DNA of 64,000 bases from contig NW_021836316.1 in NCBI RefSeq assembly GCF_006345805.1, positions 1 to 64,000 of the forward strand. The letters are read 5' to 3'. Every line of letters begins with the position of its first letter. Position 1 is the stretch's first letter. This DNA comes from Octopus sinensis (taxonomy: Eukaryota). Positions 27,134 to 40,350 of this stretch are shown piece after piece. Position numbers and translations under genes: made by a program. Below the pieces are notes generated by a model, which did not search any database, was not told the DNA's origin, and was given only the letters and a program-made list of their open reading frames with translations.

Positions 27134-27332
27134 AATCCCACAGCTAGTTTTTAATTGGCTTCGGTTTTTAATTAATATACATATCCTTGTATTTTATGCA
27201 TTCCAGTTGTATAACCTGAAAATATCCGGATATTTTCTGCAAAAACAACTTAAAAGTATTCATAAAACGAAATCATTAAATGTCGAACAGAAAATACCGT
27301 AGTTCTAATAAAATGGTGGGAAGAAAAGAAAA

Positions 27333-27710
27333 GGCGGCGAGCTGATAGAAACGTTAGCACGCCGGGTGAAATGCTTAGCGGTATTTCGTGTGCCGCTACG
27401 TTCTGAGTTCAAATTTCGCCGAGGTCGACTTTGCCTTTCATTCTTTAGGGGTCGATTAAATAAGTACCAGTTAGGCACTGGGGTCGATATAATCGACTTA
27501 ATCCGTCTGTCTGTCCTTGTCTGTCCTCTGTGTGTTTAGCCCCTTGTGGGTAGTACAGAAATAGGTATTTCGTCTGTCTTTACATTCTGAGTTGAAATTC
27601 CGCCGAAGTCGACTTTGCCTTTCAGGGTCGATAAATTAAGTACCAGTTGCGTCGATCTAATAGACTGGCACCCTCCCCAAAAATTTCTGGCCTTGTGCCT
27701 AGAGTAGAAA
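27333..27710 (+). mobile_element. SINE family A, dimeric form
   Basis: Full head GGCGGCGAGCTG, then a second body after GAAATAGGTATTTCG (~27558). Confidence 0.88.
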
Positions 27711-27814
27711 AAAATTCTTATTTAATCAATTTCAGAAGAATCCGAAAGGAAATTCTATCACTCTAAGATCTGAACTCAGAGAAACGATGGTTAAGTAATG
27801 TAAGAAATGAGGCT

Positions 27815-27920
27815 TAATTAATGTACCAGTTACGCAATGGGGTCGATGTAATCGACTTAATCCCTTTGTCTGTCCTTGTTTGTCCCCTCTATGTTTAGCC
27901 ACTTGTGAGCAGAGGAATAA
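27815..27920 (+). mobile_element. SINE family A 3' fragment
   Basis: GTACCAGTTACGCA..GGGGTCGATGTAATCGACTTAATCC..TTGTG. Confidence 0.75.
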
Positions 27921-28226
27921 CTTCCAATGTATCAACGTCGTATTCAGAAAGGCACAAGTTTCTCACTTTATGCTTCTCCTATATCCACCATTAATTTTAC
28001 AACTAGTGCTCAATCTGTAATACTAATTCTACTAATGATATCGAAAGAGATACTAGAACTAGAATCTCTAACGTCGCAGCTTCTACTACCACCAAAACCA
28101 TCCGACATACCTACAACTATGACCGACTGCTTAATATCAGCATTGCCAGTAAGGAACAATAGAACAACTGGTGCTACAAAAGCTACTACTACTCCTACTA
28201 TTACGACCAACAACCATCTGAAGTAG

Positions 28227-28642
28227 ACTCTTTTACTCTTTTACTTGTTTCAGTCATTTTGACTGCGGCCATGCTGGAGCACCGCCTTTTAGTCGAGCAA
28301 ATCGACCCCGGGACTTATTCTTTGTAAGCCCAGTACTTATACAATCGGTTTCTTTTGCCGAACCGCTAAGTGACGCGGACGTAAACACACCAGCATCGGT
28401 TGTCAAGCAATGCTAGTGGGACAAACACAGACACACAAACACACACACACACATATTTACATATATATATACATATATACGACAGGCTTCTTTCAGTTTC
28501 TGTCTACCAAATCCACTCACAAGGCATTGGTCGGCCCGGGGATTTAGCAGAAGACACTTGCACAAGAGGCCACGCAGTGGGACTGAACCCGGAACCATGT
28601 GGTTGTTTAGCAAGCTACTTACCACACAGCCACTCCTGCGCC
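28227..28642 (-). mobile_element. SINE family B, full length
   Basis: Head GGCGCAGGAGTGGCTGTGTGG on the minus strand; homologous to 23266-23664. Confidence 0.9.
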
Positions 28643-28869
28643 TACCAAACGTTACTATGTGAATTTTGTACCAAAAAACACATGTAAAAACTCATTCTGT
28701 CATGAAGTATCAATTAAGTTTAATTCCATGTTTCCCTTTCTTACTGCGTAAACACATTCTTTTTAAAAACTGAAACCAATATCATATTTTAAGAAAAAAA
28801 TAATATTTTTTTTGCTTCCTTTTACTGATAATAAAGCTTTCAAACCATTATATATGTATACCTATATAC

Positions 28870-29072
<203 letters not shown>

Positions 29073-29714
29073 TGTATGTACAGAGACATGGATATGGATA
29101 TAGATATAAATATAGACATCCACCATCTCGTAATGGAACTAACTGCATATACATACGCTTCATGCATACTAAGAGGCACACAGACACACGCGCATATATG
29201 TTTTTGAGTATATATACATGTTTGTGCATGTGTATACACATGTGTGCCTGTATATATATGTATGATATAATACACTCACACACACACATAGATATATGTG
29301 TAGAAACACATTAGAATGCAAACAAATGCAGAGGAAGAAAGATATGTTAACAAATAGATATTACGGTGGGAAGCAAATCGAAAAAGGAAAAAGAAAAAAA
29401 AACGAAATTGGGATATGTACGGAAAAAAAAAAATTCGTATATGTATAGAAAACTATTCCTGGTAGGTCTTAAATAGTTTGAATATTGTACCAATCTACTT
29501 AAGTTGATTTTACTGCAAGTGTCTGCTGTTGTAACATGTGTTTTAGGAAATAGAAATAAAAAAGTTTGCCTGGAAAGTAGTTTACTGAACCGCATCCTGT
29601 TTAATAGCTTGTAACCTAGTTCTCGTGGAAACGCTCCCACCACTTCATCACAGCAATAATTCATACATATTTTATTATAAACCATGCACACAAGCCAGAA
29701 ATGGAACCAGCTGC

Positions 29715-29736
29715 ATATATGCATATATATATATAC

Positions 29737-29813
<77 letters not shown>

Positions 29814-29829
29814 CATACATATATATAGA

Positions 29830-29862
<33 letters not shown>

Positions 29863-29887
29863 TATATACATATATATATATATATAT

Positions 29888-29930
<43 letters not shown>

Positions 29931-30039
29931 ATATATATATATAATATATATATATATATATAATATATATATACATATATATACATACATATATATATAT
30001 ATATATAATATATATATGTATATATAATATATATATATG

Positions 30040-30071
<32 letters not shown>

Positions 30072-30074
30072 ATG

Positions 30075-30107
<33 letters not shown>

Positions 30108-30133
30108 TATATATAATATATATATGTATATTA

Positions 30134-30231
<98 letters not shown>

Positions 30232-30325
30232 GCACATGTGTGTACTTAGATATATGTACACATACATACATATATACATACATTCTTACATATATATGTG
30301 TGTTGGTGTGTGTGTGTGTGTATAC
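29715..30325. repeat. Long degenerate (TA)n array
   Basis: Directly visible. Similar arrays lie at ~620-860, 1540-1800, 11640-12040, 37600-37860, 47880-48140 and 60480-61260. Confidence 0.95.
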
Positions 30326-30667
30326 GTTAATATCAAACAGTGAGGAGTACTCTACAAGATATTGGTAAATAAAAATTGTTTATGTGTGGGTTAACCAGGC
30401 TACCATTTGTTTTATGTTCAGAGAGGTAGAGCTCTTAATTATCAAGCCTATAGCATGGGACATTCGTGCTCGTCTCCATCTTGGTTTTTCATTAAAGATG
30501 GTGACTGACGCCAACATGCCACGCTATAGGCTTGATAATTGTGAAGAGATACACCTATCTGTACATGAATCCATTGGTAGCATGGTTAACCCAAAAATGT
30601 ATATAAAAATGTATATACGCACACTCAGAAAAACAGATGTAGACATAGTAATACTTGGGCTTGTTTA

Positions 30668-30820
30668 GGTCTGTATTTACGTTCTGAGTTCAAATTCCGT
30701 CGAGGTCGACTTTACCTTTCATCCTTTCGGGATCGATAAATTAAATATCAGTTGCGTACTGGGGTCGATCTAAACGACTGTGCCCCTCCCCCAAATTTCG
30801 GGCCTTGTGCCTAGATTTAA
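30668..30820 (+). mobile_element. SINE family A body fragment
   Basis: TACGTTCTGAGTTCAAATTCCGTCGAGGTCGACTTTACCTTTCATCC. Confidence 0.8.
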
Positions 30821-31084
30821 AAATAATATTATTAATTATCCTTGACATCTATTTGCATTTTTAGTTTGATTCTCTTTCTTTTAATGTATTAATTGACTTA
30901 TTTATTTATGTATTTATTTATTTTTATAGCTTCAAGCAATCTTTTTGTTAAGTTGTTTGTTTTTTTTTATTTTTTCTGCCTTTTAAATCTTGTTTAACAT
31001 TTTTTTTTGCTTTAAATACAAATCAATTAATTGTCCGGAAATTCCTTGCATCTTTACAATCAGGAATCCGCAACCTCCACCATC

Positions 31085-31086
31085 AA

Positions 31087-31123
<37 letters not shown>

Positions 31124-31174
31124 GCCAATGCTACAGCTGCCGCCGCTGCTGCTGCTGCTACTAGTACTACAACA

Positions 31175-31207
<33 letters not shown>

Positions 31208-31270
31208 GCTGCTGATGCCGCTGCCAGCGATGCTGCCGCTGTTACTGCTGCTACTGTACTACTGTTGCTG

Positions 31271-31310
<40 letters not shown>

Positions 31311-31383
31311 AACTACTACTACTACTACTACTACAACAACAACTACTACTAATATTACTACTATTTCTACTTCTATTACTACA

Positions 31384-31426
<43 letters not shown>

Positions 31427-31430
31427 TAAT
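31085..31430. repeat. (ACT)n/(GCT)n/(AAT)n compound trinucleotide microsatellite
   Basis: Directly visible. Confidence 0.95.
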
Positions 31431-32205
31431 AAAAACGGCAGTAGCCCAACATGTCGTGTATGTCAACAACAAAATGAAACCATTGATCATGTCTCCAAGT
31501 GCAGTCTTCTAGCGCCTACAGAGTATCACAACAGGCATGATAGAGCTGCCCAATATATTCACTGGGTAATCTGTAAAAACCTGTATTTGCCCCATGAAAA
31601 AAACTGGTGGGAACACAAACCGACTCCAGTGCTTGAAAATGACCACATCTCACTCCTCTGGAACATTCTTATTCAAACTGACAGAAAGATAGATGCAAAT
31701 AAGCCAGACATCATATTGAAAGACTCCAAACAAAGAACATGCCTCCTTATTGATATGACTGTCCCAATCGATATAAACGTATCTGTCAAGACCTACCAAA
31801 AACTGAGCAAATATAAAGATCTTGAAATAGAAATCAGCGAAGTGTGGAACCTGAAGACTAAAACAATACTTGTTGTCATAGGTGCCCTGGGAATGATAGC
31901 AAAAGGGGCTGATCGCTACCTAACTCAGATACCAGGAAACCCCAAAATGGCAGAAATTCAAAAGATAGTGCTCATGGGAACTGCTCATATCCTACGCAAA
32001 ATACTTTCTATGTAATCTCAAGTTTTAAAACAAACATAATGTTCGTTTTTTTTTTTTACATTCACTAGTACAATACTAAATACAAAACCAAATATATGGC
32101 TCACTAGGCATAACAAAATCACGAACTTCCAGCTTGTTGTCTCTTGAGGTCTCTGGGTGAGACTTGGAGTCATCTTGTACAAATATAAAGCAAAAGTCAA
32201 ACATA

Positions 32206-32206
<1 letters not shown>
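31431..32206 (+). mobile_element. 5'-truncated Dong/R4-clade non-LTR retrotransposon (CCHC + restriction-like endonuclease) in a (TAA)n target
   Basis: CRVC..ETIDH..C, RHD, KPDII..D, KYKDL motifs; stop at 32015; (AAT)n on both flanks, as established for Dong elements. Confidence 0.9.
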
Positions 32207-32256
<50 letters not shown>

Positions 32257-32259
<3 letters not shown>

Positions 32260-32397
32260 GTCGATTATATCGACCACAGTGTTTCACTGGTATTCAATTT
32301 ATCGACCACGAAATGATTAAAGGCAAAGTCGACCTCGGCGGAATAACCTAAATCATTTCGCCCGGCGTGCTAACGATTCTGCCAACTCGCCGCCTTG
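32257..32397 (-). mobile_element. SINE family A, internally deleted
   Basis: AAAGGCAAAGTCGACCTCGGCGG..CCCGGCGTGCTAACG..CGCCGCC. Confidence 0.75.
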
Positions 32398-32494
32398 TAT
32401 AATAATAATAATAATAATAATAATACAACCATTAAAACTACTATTAATTCTATAACAACGCCAACAACAACAGCAACTACTACTACTGCTACTG

Positions 32495-32535
<41 letters not shown>

Positions 32536-32827
32536 GATGATGATCATCATCCTGTTTGTCTCCGCGATCCTTACACAAGAAAAGGACTTCCTTGAGTATC
32601 TCGTGTATTTAATAATTCTTTCTGCACATATCACAAAACTTGAAATATTGTAAGCGGAGTGGGGCTAGTAGGTTACGGAGTTACCAGTGCTCAGCCGGTA
32701 CGTATATCATCGCACCTGGGCAGCAATCGAGCCGAAATCGTAAAATCCCGGAAGAAATGCCTCTTAGCATTTCCTCCGATGCGGTAGCAGTTCTGCTAGC
32801 TCCCTGCTTCCTTGTATGTAATAATCC

Positions 32828-32977
32828 TTTTTACTAAAGGCAAAAGGTCTTAACTTTTGGGGACGGAGACTAGTCGATTTCATCGATCCCAATGTTTCAC
32901 TGGTACTTAATTTATCGACCCGAAAGGACGAAGGTCAGAGTTGAACTCAGAACGTAGAAGCAGACGAAATACCGCTA
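32828..32977 (-). mobile_element. SINE family A fragment
   Basis: CTGGTACTTAATTTATCGACCCGAAAGG..GAACTCAGAACGTA..GACGAAATACCGCTA. Confidence 0.7.
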
Positions 32978-33080
32978 CCTCCTGTCATCTTCTGTCGTGG
33001 TATATTTCAGCTGGATTTACTTACAGAACTCACAGCGTCAGCTGGGTTAATTATAATTAAGTAAGGAGAAGATGGATTTG

Positions 33081-33421
33081 CCTAGTATACTTAAAATTAG
33101 ATGGCCCAACCACATAAGCAATATGGAGCTATGGCAAAGAACAAATGACGTTTCGATTTAAGAAAAAGTGGAAGTAGATTGGAAGCACAATTAAAAAACA
33201 CACACCAAATGTAGCCAAAAGTGTTTTACAGTGGAGACCGGATGGATATAGAAGGAGAGGTAGGCCTAAGAGCTCGTGGCGGAGATCAACACAAAAGGAA
33301 CTAGAGAAAGGGGGACATTCATGGCAGAGTATAAGTACAGAAGTGAAAAATTATGCCACATGGAATTCAACTGTAAGTGGCCTATACTCCGCGCTGGAGA
33401 GTCAAAGGCATAAAGAAGAAA
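33081..33421 (+). mobile_element. 5'-truncated RTE-clade LINE 3' end
   Basis: Translates ILKIRWPNHISNMELWQRT..LQWRPDGYRRRGRPKSSWRR; AAG tail. TSD AGAAGATGGATTTG at 33067-33080 and 33422-33435. Confidence 0.88.
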
Positions 33422-33561
33422 AGAAGATGGATTTGGTATTCAATTTTATTCTGTACGACGTTCGTTTACATCCAAAGATGACGCTGCGGCACACGAAAGA
33501 TTTTGTGTTGCCATGTTGTTATATGCCCGTCTAGTTAGGGACTGTTTAAGTATACATAGAG

Positions 33562-33938
33562 AATACCAAACTCATTCCCTATGGATACCGTATTTATTAC
33601 AACGAGTGGCTTGTAAACGTATCCACGAGTTGTAATAAATACGGTATCCATAGGGAATGAGTTTGGTATTTTATTTATTACACACGAATAAACGACCATA
33701 TTTTATTAACCCAAGAACTAAATTCTTCACGTTTAGTTGTAACTTATGAATGACAAAAGTAGTGCCGTCACCGTGACCTCGGGTCATCACCATGGATTGA
33801 CCAATCAGAAGCAGCGCTGTCACCGTGACCTCGGGTCATCACCATGGATTGACCAATCAGAAGCAGCGCTCGCAGTATCTGACATATGTTAGATACCAAA
33901 AATATCTCTCAGTGTTCTCACTCACATGTGTGTAATAA
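33562..33938. mobile_element. Non-autonomous element with 42-bp-arm terminal palindrome and subterminal inverted repeats (Crypton/Helentron-like architecture)
   Basis: Arms 33562-33603 and 33629-33670; TTATTACACAC (33675) / GTGTGTAATAA (33928); 52-bp tandem duplication 33767-33870. Confidence 0.65.
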
Positions 33939-35194
33939 TTATATTTAGATTCCAACTTTTGGATATACATTCGTACATACATCAACCCCAGTTGCTAACC
34001 GTGTACTAACTAGACGGGCATATAACAAAATGGCAGCCGACACTCAAGATCTTTAGCGAGACACAACTTTATCTTTGGTTGTAAACGAACGTTGCACGTA
34101 ACAAAATTTAATACCAAATCCATTTTTTCATTACTTAATTATATTTATATATATGTACATATATGTGTGCGTGAGTGTGTGTACACATATATGTACATAT
34201 ATGTGTGTGTGTGTATAAGCTATTTAGTGGTGCATCTTAAAGTAAATACAGCTCTAATTAATAATCAACACTACATCAAGCTAATATGGTGCTATTAGTA
34301 GCAGGTTTTCCCTGGTTACATAATTCGTCTTTCGTTTGTAGGTTTCTATTTTCGTTTTCCGTGCGCGATACATTTTATTCAATACAAGTTATTATTTATA
34401 ATTTCCATTGCTTCGAGGAACAACATTAAATGAGTTATTTTCATATTTTTCAATGCTTTGACATTTCGATTCTGAATATAAACATACCTACACACATACG
34501 CACCGAACCACACACACAAACACATAAGAGCTCGTATCGCTTTATCGGTCTGTCTCTCTATCTCTCTCTCATTCGCTCTATTTATATATATATATTATAT
34601 ATATATATTATATATATATTATATATATATATATGCTTAATTCTCCTATATGTCGCAAACAATATATTATAAATATTAGTTGTAATGTGGAAAAAACAAC
34701 TGAAAAAAGTATAAAGCAAGAATATTGAAAAATCATCACATCCGAATTTTTAACAAGTTATTTCTTCATTTGTTCTTCTAGTGTAGTGATTTTTCTTTAT
34801 CTAAGTATATAAATGTAAATATATCACGTCTTCACTCTTCGGTTGTATACACACGTCTCACACTCAGAAACAAAGCGGCTTTTCAGAAAATTTGAATGTA
34901 TTTCTTTTTAAGTTTAATCAACAATATCAAATATTAAGACATGTATAGACATTAGGCGTTACTAAGACAAGCAGCTGACTAGACAGAAATGTGTGAATGA
35001 TTTAGTAATTTTCTCCAGGATATTACTCACGTATTTGAAGTGACAGACCAGCGACTGGGAAGTTCTGAAGTATGATAATAAAGGATGAATAATGATTAAT
35101 GTGATACATCTTAAGTCATCCAGTTTGAGTGAGAGTGTAGTCTATTATTACGGCATCAGTGTTTACATACTAGCAGTTACTTTGAGGGCATTTA

Positions 35195-36381
35195 CTAGGG
35201 TCGGTTGAAAAGGTCATAATCTGACCAATATATTCTTGTATAATGTGATCAAATGAGGTTTATTTTTGCACATTGTGTTGACAGCCTTGCTTTCCACATA
35301 CTTCTTCCTTCGGTGTTGCATTGTTTGAATCCGACTGAGGAAGAAGCTCTTCCCCTGTCGATCAAAAACGTCATCAACAGCAGATATGACATCGCCATCA
35401 CTGAGATAATGGTTCCCAACCAAATGATTCTTCCTTATGATAACGAGATAGAGCCAAATTGGGTGAAAAGGGAGAATGATCCACCAGTTGAAAGCTAGTC
35501 ATGCACAGCAGCCATTGGAACCAAGGACGTGTGAAACAAATTCTCTTGCGTCAGTTTTCTAGATGTTTGGGCTTCATAGGCTTTTGTACCTGCCTCAGCA
35601 AGTTGGTATTGTACCATCCCAAACATTAAGGCCAACAACTTCCCTGCACATGAAACAACCTTAGGCATCTTAGGAGTAGGTGAGAAGGAGTGTTACCATT
35701 GCATTGATTGTCTCCTTGTCCCTGGCTCAAAGTGAAGAGCCCAACAATTATCCTGAGTTAGGAAACTGTCAAGGATACTGACTCAAACAATGTCAAATTT
35801 TCCCGTGATAAGCCTAGTGCGCTTTTGCTCAGGTGTTAGAAAACATGGTACACACCGAGGCGAGAAATCATCGACATGTCAAGTTCCTTGTGCAGAATAT
35901 TTTCAACTCTCCCAAGGGATATGCTCGTAGCATTAGCTTTTTTGATTTATTATCAATTGCCTCTCATCCATCACCAAGTAGTGTAATCAATGATTACGTT
36001 CCTAGCAATTGCAGGACGTCCGAACCTTGGGTCATCTTCGAGACTCTCCCATCCCCTCCTCAATTCAGTTTTCCCCTTTTACACTGTTGACTAAGTTGGA
36101 GCGTCATCCTCCAATGTAGCAATTATATCAACATGAATGTACTCGGGGGTTAAACCCATTTTCTGCAGGTACTTGATAACACAACGTTGCCAAACTTTGT
36201 CCATTCTTAAGAGATGCCACTACTATTTACTTTTGAAATATTCGAGCAGTCAGATGTAAACTTACCTGGATAGAAGCAATACAGTTATTAATAAGAAGGG
36301 TTGAAATTAATGAATGCAAGATTTCATAGTTTTAGCATCAATTCTTCATGGTCAGCCTCTGAAATGTTCAGCCCATCGAGG
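35195..36381 (-). pseudogene. Decayed near-full-length mariner transposon
   Basis: Degenerate TIRs flanked by TA; minus ORF 35214-35423 (SDGDVISAVDDVFDRQGKSFFLSRIQTMQHRRKKYVES) resembles the mariner transposase C-terminus; ~1.2 kb. Confidence 0.8.
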
Positions 36382-36590
36382 TAAATTCAAATCGTAAACG
36401 TATGGTTTTAATCACCGAATGGCATTTTGACATGCTCTTTGCTGATTTAGCCAAGCTCACATTCATTAAAATAGTGAATTAAAGACGAACGTCTGACAAC
36501 TTCGCTCAGCTTTGCGAATAGAAACAGGTTAATGTATTTCATGCTATTCCGAAATTCCGTAAAAGAAGATAAGGTAACATTACATGCTTT

Positions 36591-36643
36591 GCGCCTGAAG
36601 AATATATTTGAGTTCTCTCAAAATATGAAACTATTCGTAGCGC
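36591..36643 (+). ncRNA. Type I hammerhead ribozyme
   Basis: GCGC-CTGAAGA-ATATaTTTGAG ttct CTCAAAATAT-GAA-AC tattc GT-A^GCGC. Followed by a short tail and (TA)n. Confidence 0.8.
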
Positions 36644-36675
36644 TTTAATACATGGATTGAGACCTTAAATAAAAA

Positions 36676-36738
<63 letters not shown>

Positions 36739-37563
36739 CGTGTGTGTGTACATACATACATACATACATACATACATACTTAATACATATTTTAAAGATT
36801 AAAACTGCAGTTGAGAAAAGCTAGCTAAATATTGTAAAAGATGTGTTTGTATCATGAGTATTCGTGCTGGATACTAAATTGCCGACATCATGAAACTGCT
36901 GCTTAATGTTCTGCGAACATCGTAAAATGTTACCATGACAGCGGCATCACAAGATCTTGGGGCCGTGAAATTTACGTATTGCGGTTAATATTCTTTTTAT
37001 CTATATGTAATTTTGTATACGAAGATTGTTATGACTGAATGCTTAAAGACTTCACTGCAGAAGCATAAGCTCTCGGTTTCAATATCACTGGGTGGCTTGG
37101 TGAGTAGGTGCACTAACATAACTTTCACTTAATCGAAATCTTGTGAGTGACGTTGGTTACATGGAAATTGTGAACCGTGCCCTTAATGCAAATGGCGTAG
37201 CCTTGTCACAGTAAAATACGATTTCTATAAGGACTCAAGTATTTTTCAAATTACTGGAGAATGTTCAGGGTATTCGATTCGTCCCTGAAGTGATTAAATC
37301 AGGTGGAAACATCATGTCTAGCGATCCACCAGGCTTCAGTTGAGACTTATCACATTTACAGCTCTGAAAATTTTCAGAAAAATTTTCCCTGAGAGAAAAT
37401 ATTGCAGCTCGTGACATTCCACGTTTGCAAACAAATTATAAATATTCTACACGTCAGTATACACATGTACACATAGATAGAAAGACGCACACATGTAAGC
37501 ATATATTCACAGACATATATACATACATGCTTACACACACACACACACACACGCGCACACACA

Positions 37564-37623
<60 letters not shown>

Positions 37624-37652
37624 GATAGATAGATAGATACATATAAATATAT

Positions 37653-37731
<79 letters not shown>

Positions 37732-37862
37732 CATATATATATACATGTATATTGTATATATACATATATCTATATATATACATATATATATATATGTATA
37801 TATATGTGTATATATATATACATATACATATATACATATATATATATATACATATATATATA

Positions 37863-38245
37863 TACTCTTTACTCTTTTACTCTTTACTCTTTTACTTGTT
37901 TCAGTCATCTGACTGCGGCCATGCTGGAGCACCACCTTTTAGTACTTATTCTATCGGTCTCTTTTTTTTGCCGAACCGCTAAGTGACGGGGACGTAAACA
38001 CACCAGCATCGGTTGTCAAGCAATGCTAGGGGGACAAACAGACACACAAACACACACACATATACATATATATACATATATACGACAGGTTTCTTTCAGT
38101 TTCCGTCTACCAAATCCACTCACAAGGCATTGGTCGGCCCGGGGCTATAGCAGAAGACACTTGCCCAAGATGCCACGCAGTGGGACTGAACCCGCAACTG
38201 TGTGGTTGGTTAGCAAGCTACTTACCACACAGCCACTCCCGCGCC
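37863..38245 (-). mobile_element. SINE family B, full length
   Basis: Same head, core and ACTCTTTT tail repeats as the other copies. Confidence 0.9.
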
Positions 38246-38665
38246 TAAGGAGTATATATTATGTACATATATATATATATATATATACACGCACACATGT
38301 ATGAAGAGGGATTTAGAAGGCCCTAGTAAAGCAGTTTGGAATATATTGCGTAACAGAAAGAGTAAGAGATTAAGCATTTAGCTAAATCCCTTATTAAATA
38401 TAAGTATTTCTAGATTTTTTTGTTTGTTTTTGTTTTTACCAAAACCAATTCGAATTCCTGCATTACCGAATGACTGATATATGTATCTCGTTTGCATGGG
38501 CAAATCAGTTCGTTCGGTATGAGCATTTACAGTGAGCTACTGAAATGGAAGATTCTACTTAGATTGCATGCTGCGATAATGCACAAAATTTTATGTATAG
38601 ATGGGATAGATAGATTAAATTTCCGCAGCGTGTGTTGAGCTTTCGAAATTACTTGACTGAATATA

Positions 38666-38759
<94 letters not shown>

Positions 38760-39083
38760 GTGCATATTCACAGACCTTCAAATGTAATTACATACATGCA
38801 CGCACACACACACAGACACACATACATTTACACACGTGGTTACATAAACGGTCACATGCACAAACTAACACATAAAGAAACACACATGTATTGCGTGGTA
38901 TTGGTATTAAGAATGACGTAATATGAAGCAAAATGTATAGATTACTCAATGCATCAAGTTGAGTATAATGTTGGACGAGATTATTTAAAAGCTGCTCACG
39001 CACACACCCCGCATATAGTATACACGCATTTCTAAATGAATTGCGCGTACTTTTAAACTTCATTACCCGCTTATATATATATA

Positions 39084-39121
<38 letters not shown>

Positions 39122-39181
39122 CCCTCCCACATACACACACAGCACAAACACATACATGCACACACACAAATACATACACGC

Positions 39182-39265
<84 letters not shown>

Positions 39266-39467
39266 GACGATTGTATACAAATTCTTTCAAATTTTAACAT
39301 CTCTACTTTTAACAAATTTGTTGAGTTATATGGGATACCTTTCCATAAATTCCCATCAGAAACACACATACATACACACTAAATATACATGTATATATAC
39401 ATATACATATATATATACATATATGCATACATACATACATACATACATACATACATACATACATACA

Positions 39468-39500
<33 letters not shown>

Positions 39501-39554
39501 GTATATATGTATGTATGCATGTATGTATATATATATATATATATATATATAGAT

Positions 39555-39585
<31 letters not shown>

Positions 39586-39729
39586 TATACACATATATAC
39601 ATGACATATATATGTATGCGTGTGCGTGGGTGTATGTGCATACAAACACATATACGCACATATATATTCTCATTCAATATGCTACTAGTTTCACCTCGTG
39701 TGATACATTCAATTTAGAGTCATATGGTT

Positions 39730-39980
39730 TCTACTGCTGCTGCAGGCCGACCAGTACCATGTGAATGGATTCATTAGATGGAAACGATGCAGAAGCTCGT
39801 GTTTGTTCCACCATCACCGCTTGGCAATCGGTGTTGGTGTGTTTGGGTCAATGTAGCCTAGCGGTTCGGCAAAAAGAACGATATAATGAGGACTAGGATT
39901 TAAAGCTAAGTACTTGAGGGTCGATTTGTTCGACTAAAAAAATAAAATTCTTTAAGATGGTGTAAATTAAAGACACAAAT
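39730..39980 (+). mobile_element. SINE family B, old degraded copy
   Basis: GGTGTTGGTGTGTTT..TAGCGGTTCGGCAAAA..GGGTCGATTTGTTCGACTAAA. Confidence 0.6.
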
Positions 39981-40046
39981 GATGAATGCATATACATACA
40001 TAAGCACACGCATACAATACGCACACACATACACACACACTCACAA

Positions 40047-40078
<32 letters not shown>

Positions 40079-40082
40079 CTTT

Positions 40083-40138
<56 letters not shown>

Positions 40139-40165
40139 ATATCTATCTGTCTGTTTATCTATCTG

Positions 40166-40205
<40 letters not shown>

Positions 40206-40297
40206 ATCTACTATTCCGTGATAGAAAATTCAACAAAAAATGTACTCCATCTGGTGAGAGATATCATTTATTTAAAGGTCACAGTACATATATTGAA

Positions 40298-40350
40298 GCG
40301 CTACTAATAGTTTCATATATCAAGGAAACTTAAACATATTCTTCAGGCGC
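40298..40350 (-). ncRNA. Type I hammerhead ribozyme, same family as 36591-36643
   Basis: Minus strand: GCGC-CTGAAGA-ATATGT..AAG tttc CTT..ATATAT-GAA-ACT att AGT-A^GCGC; homologous 3' tail. Confidence 0.8.

Noticed and set aside
33767-33870. Repeats considered as a CRISPR-like array
   Set aside because: Only two contiguous units with no spacers, in a eukaryotic context.
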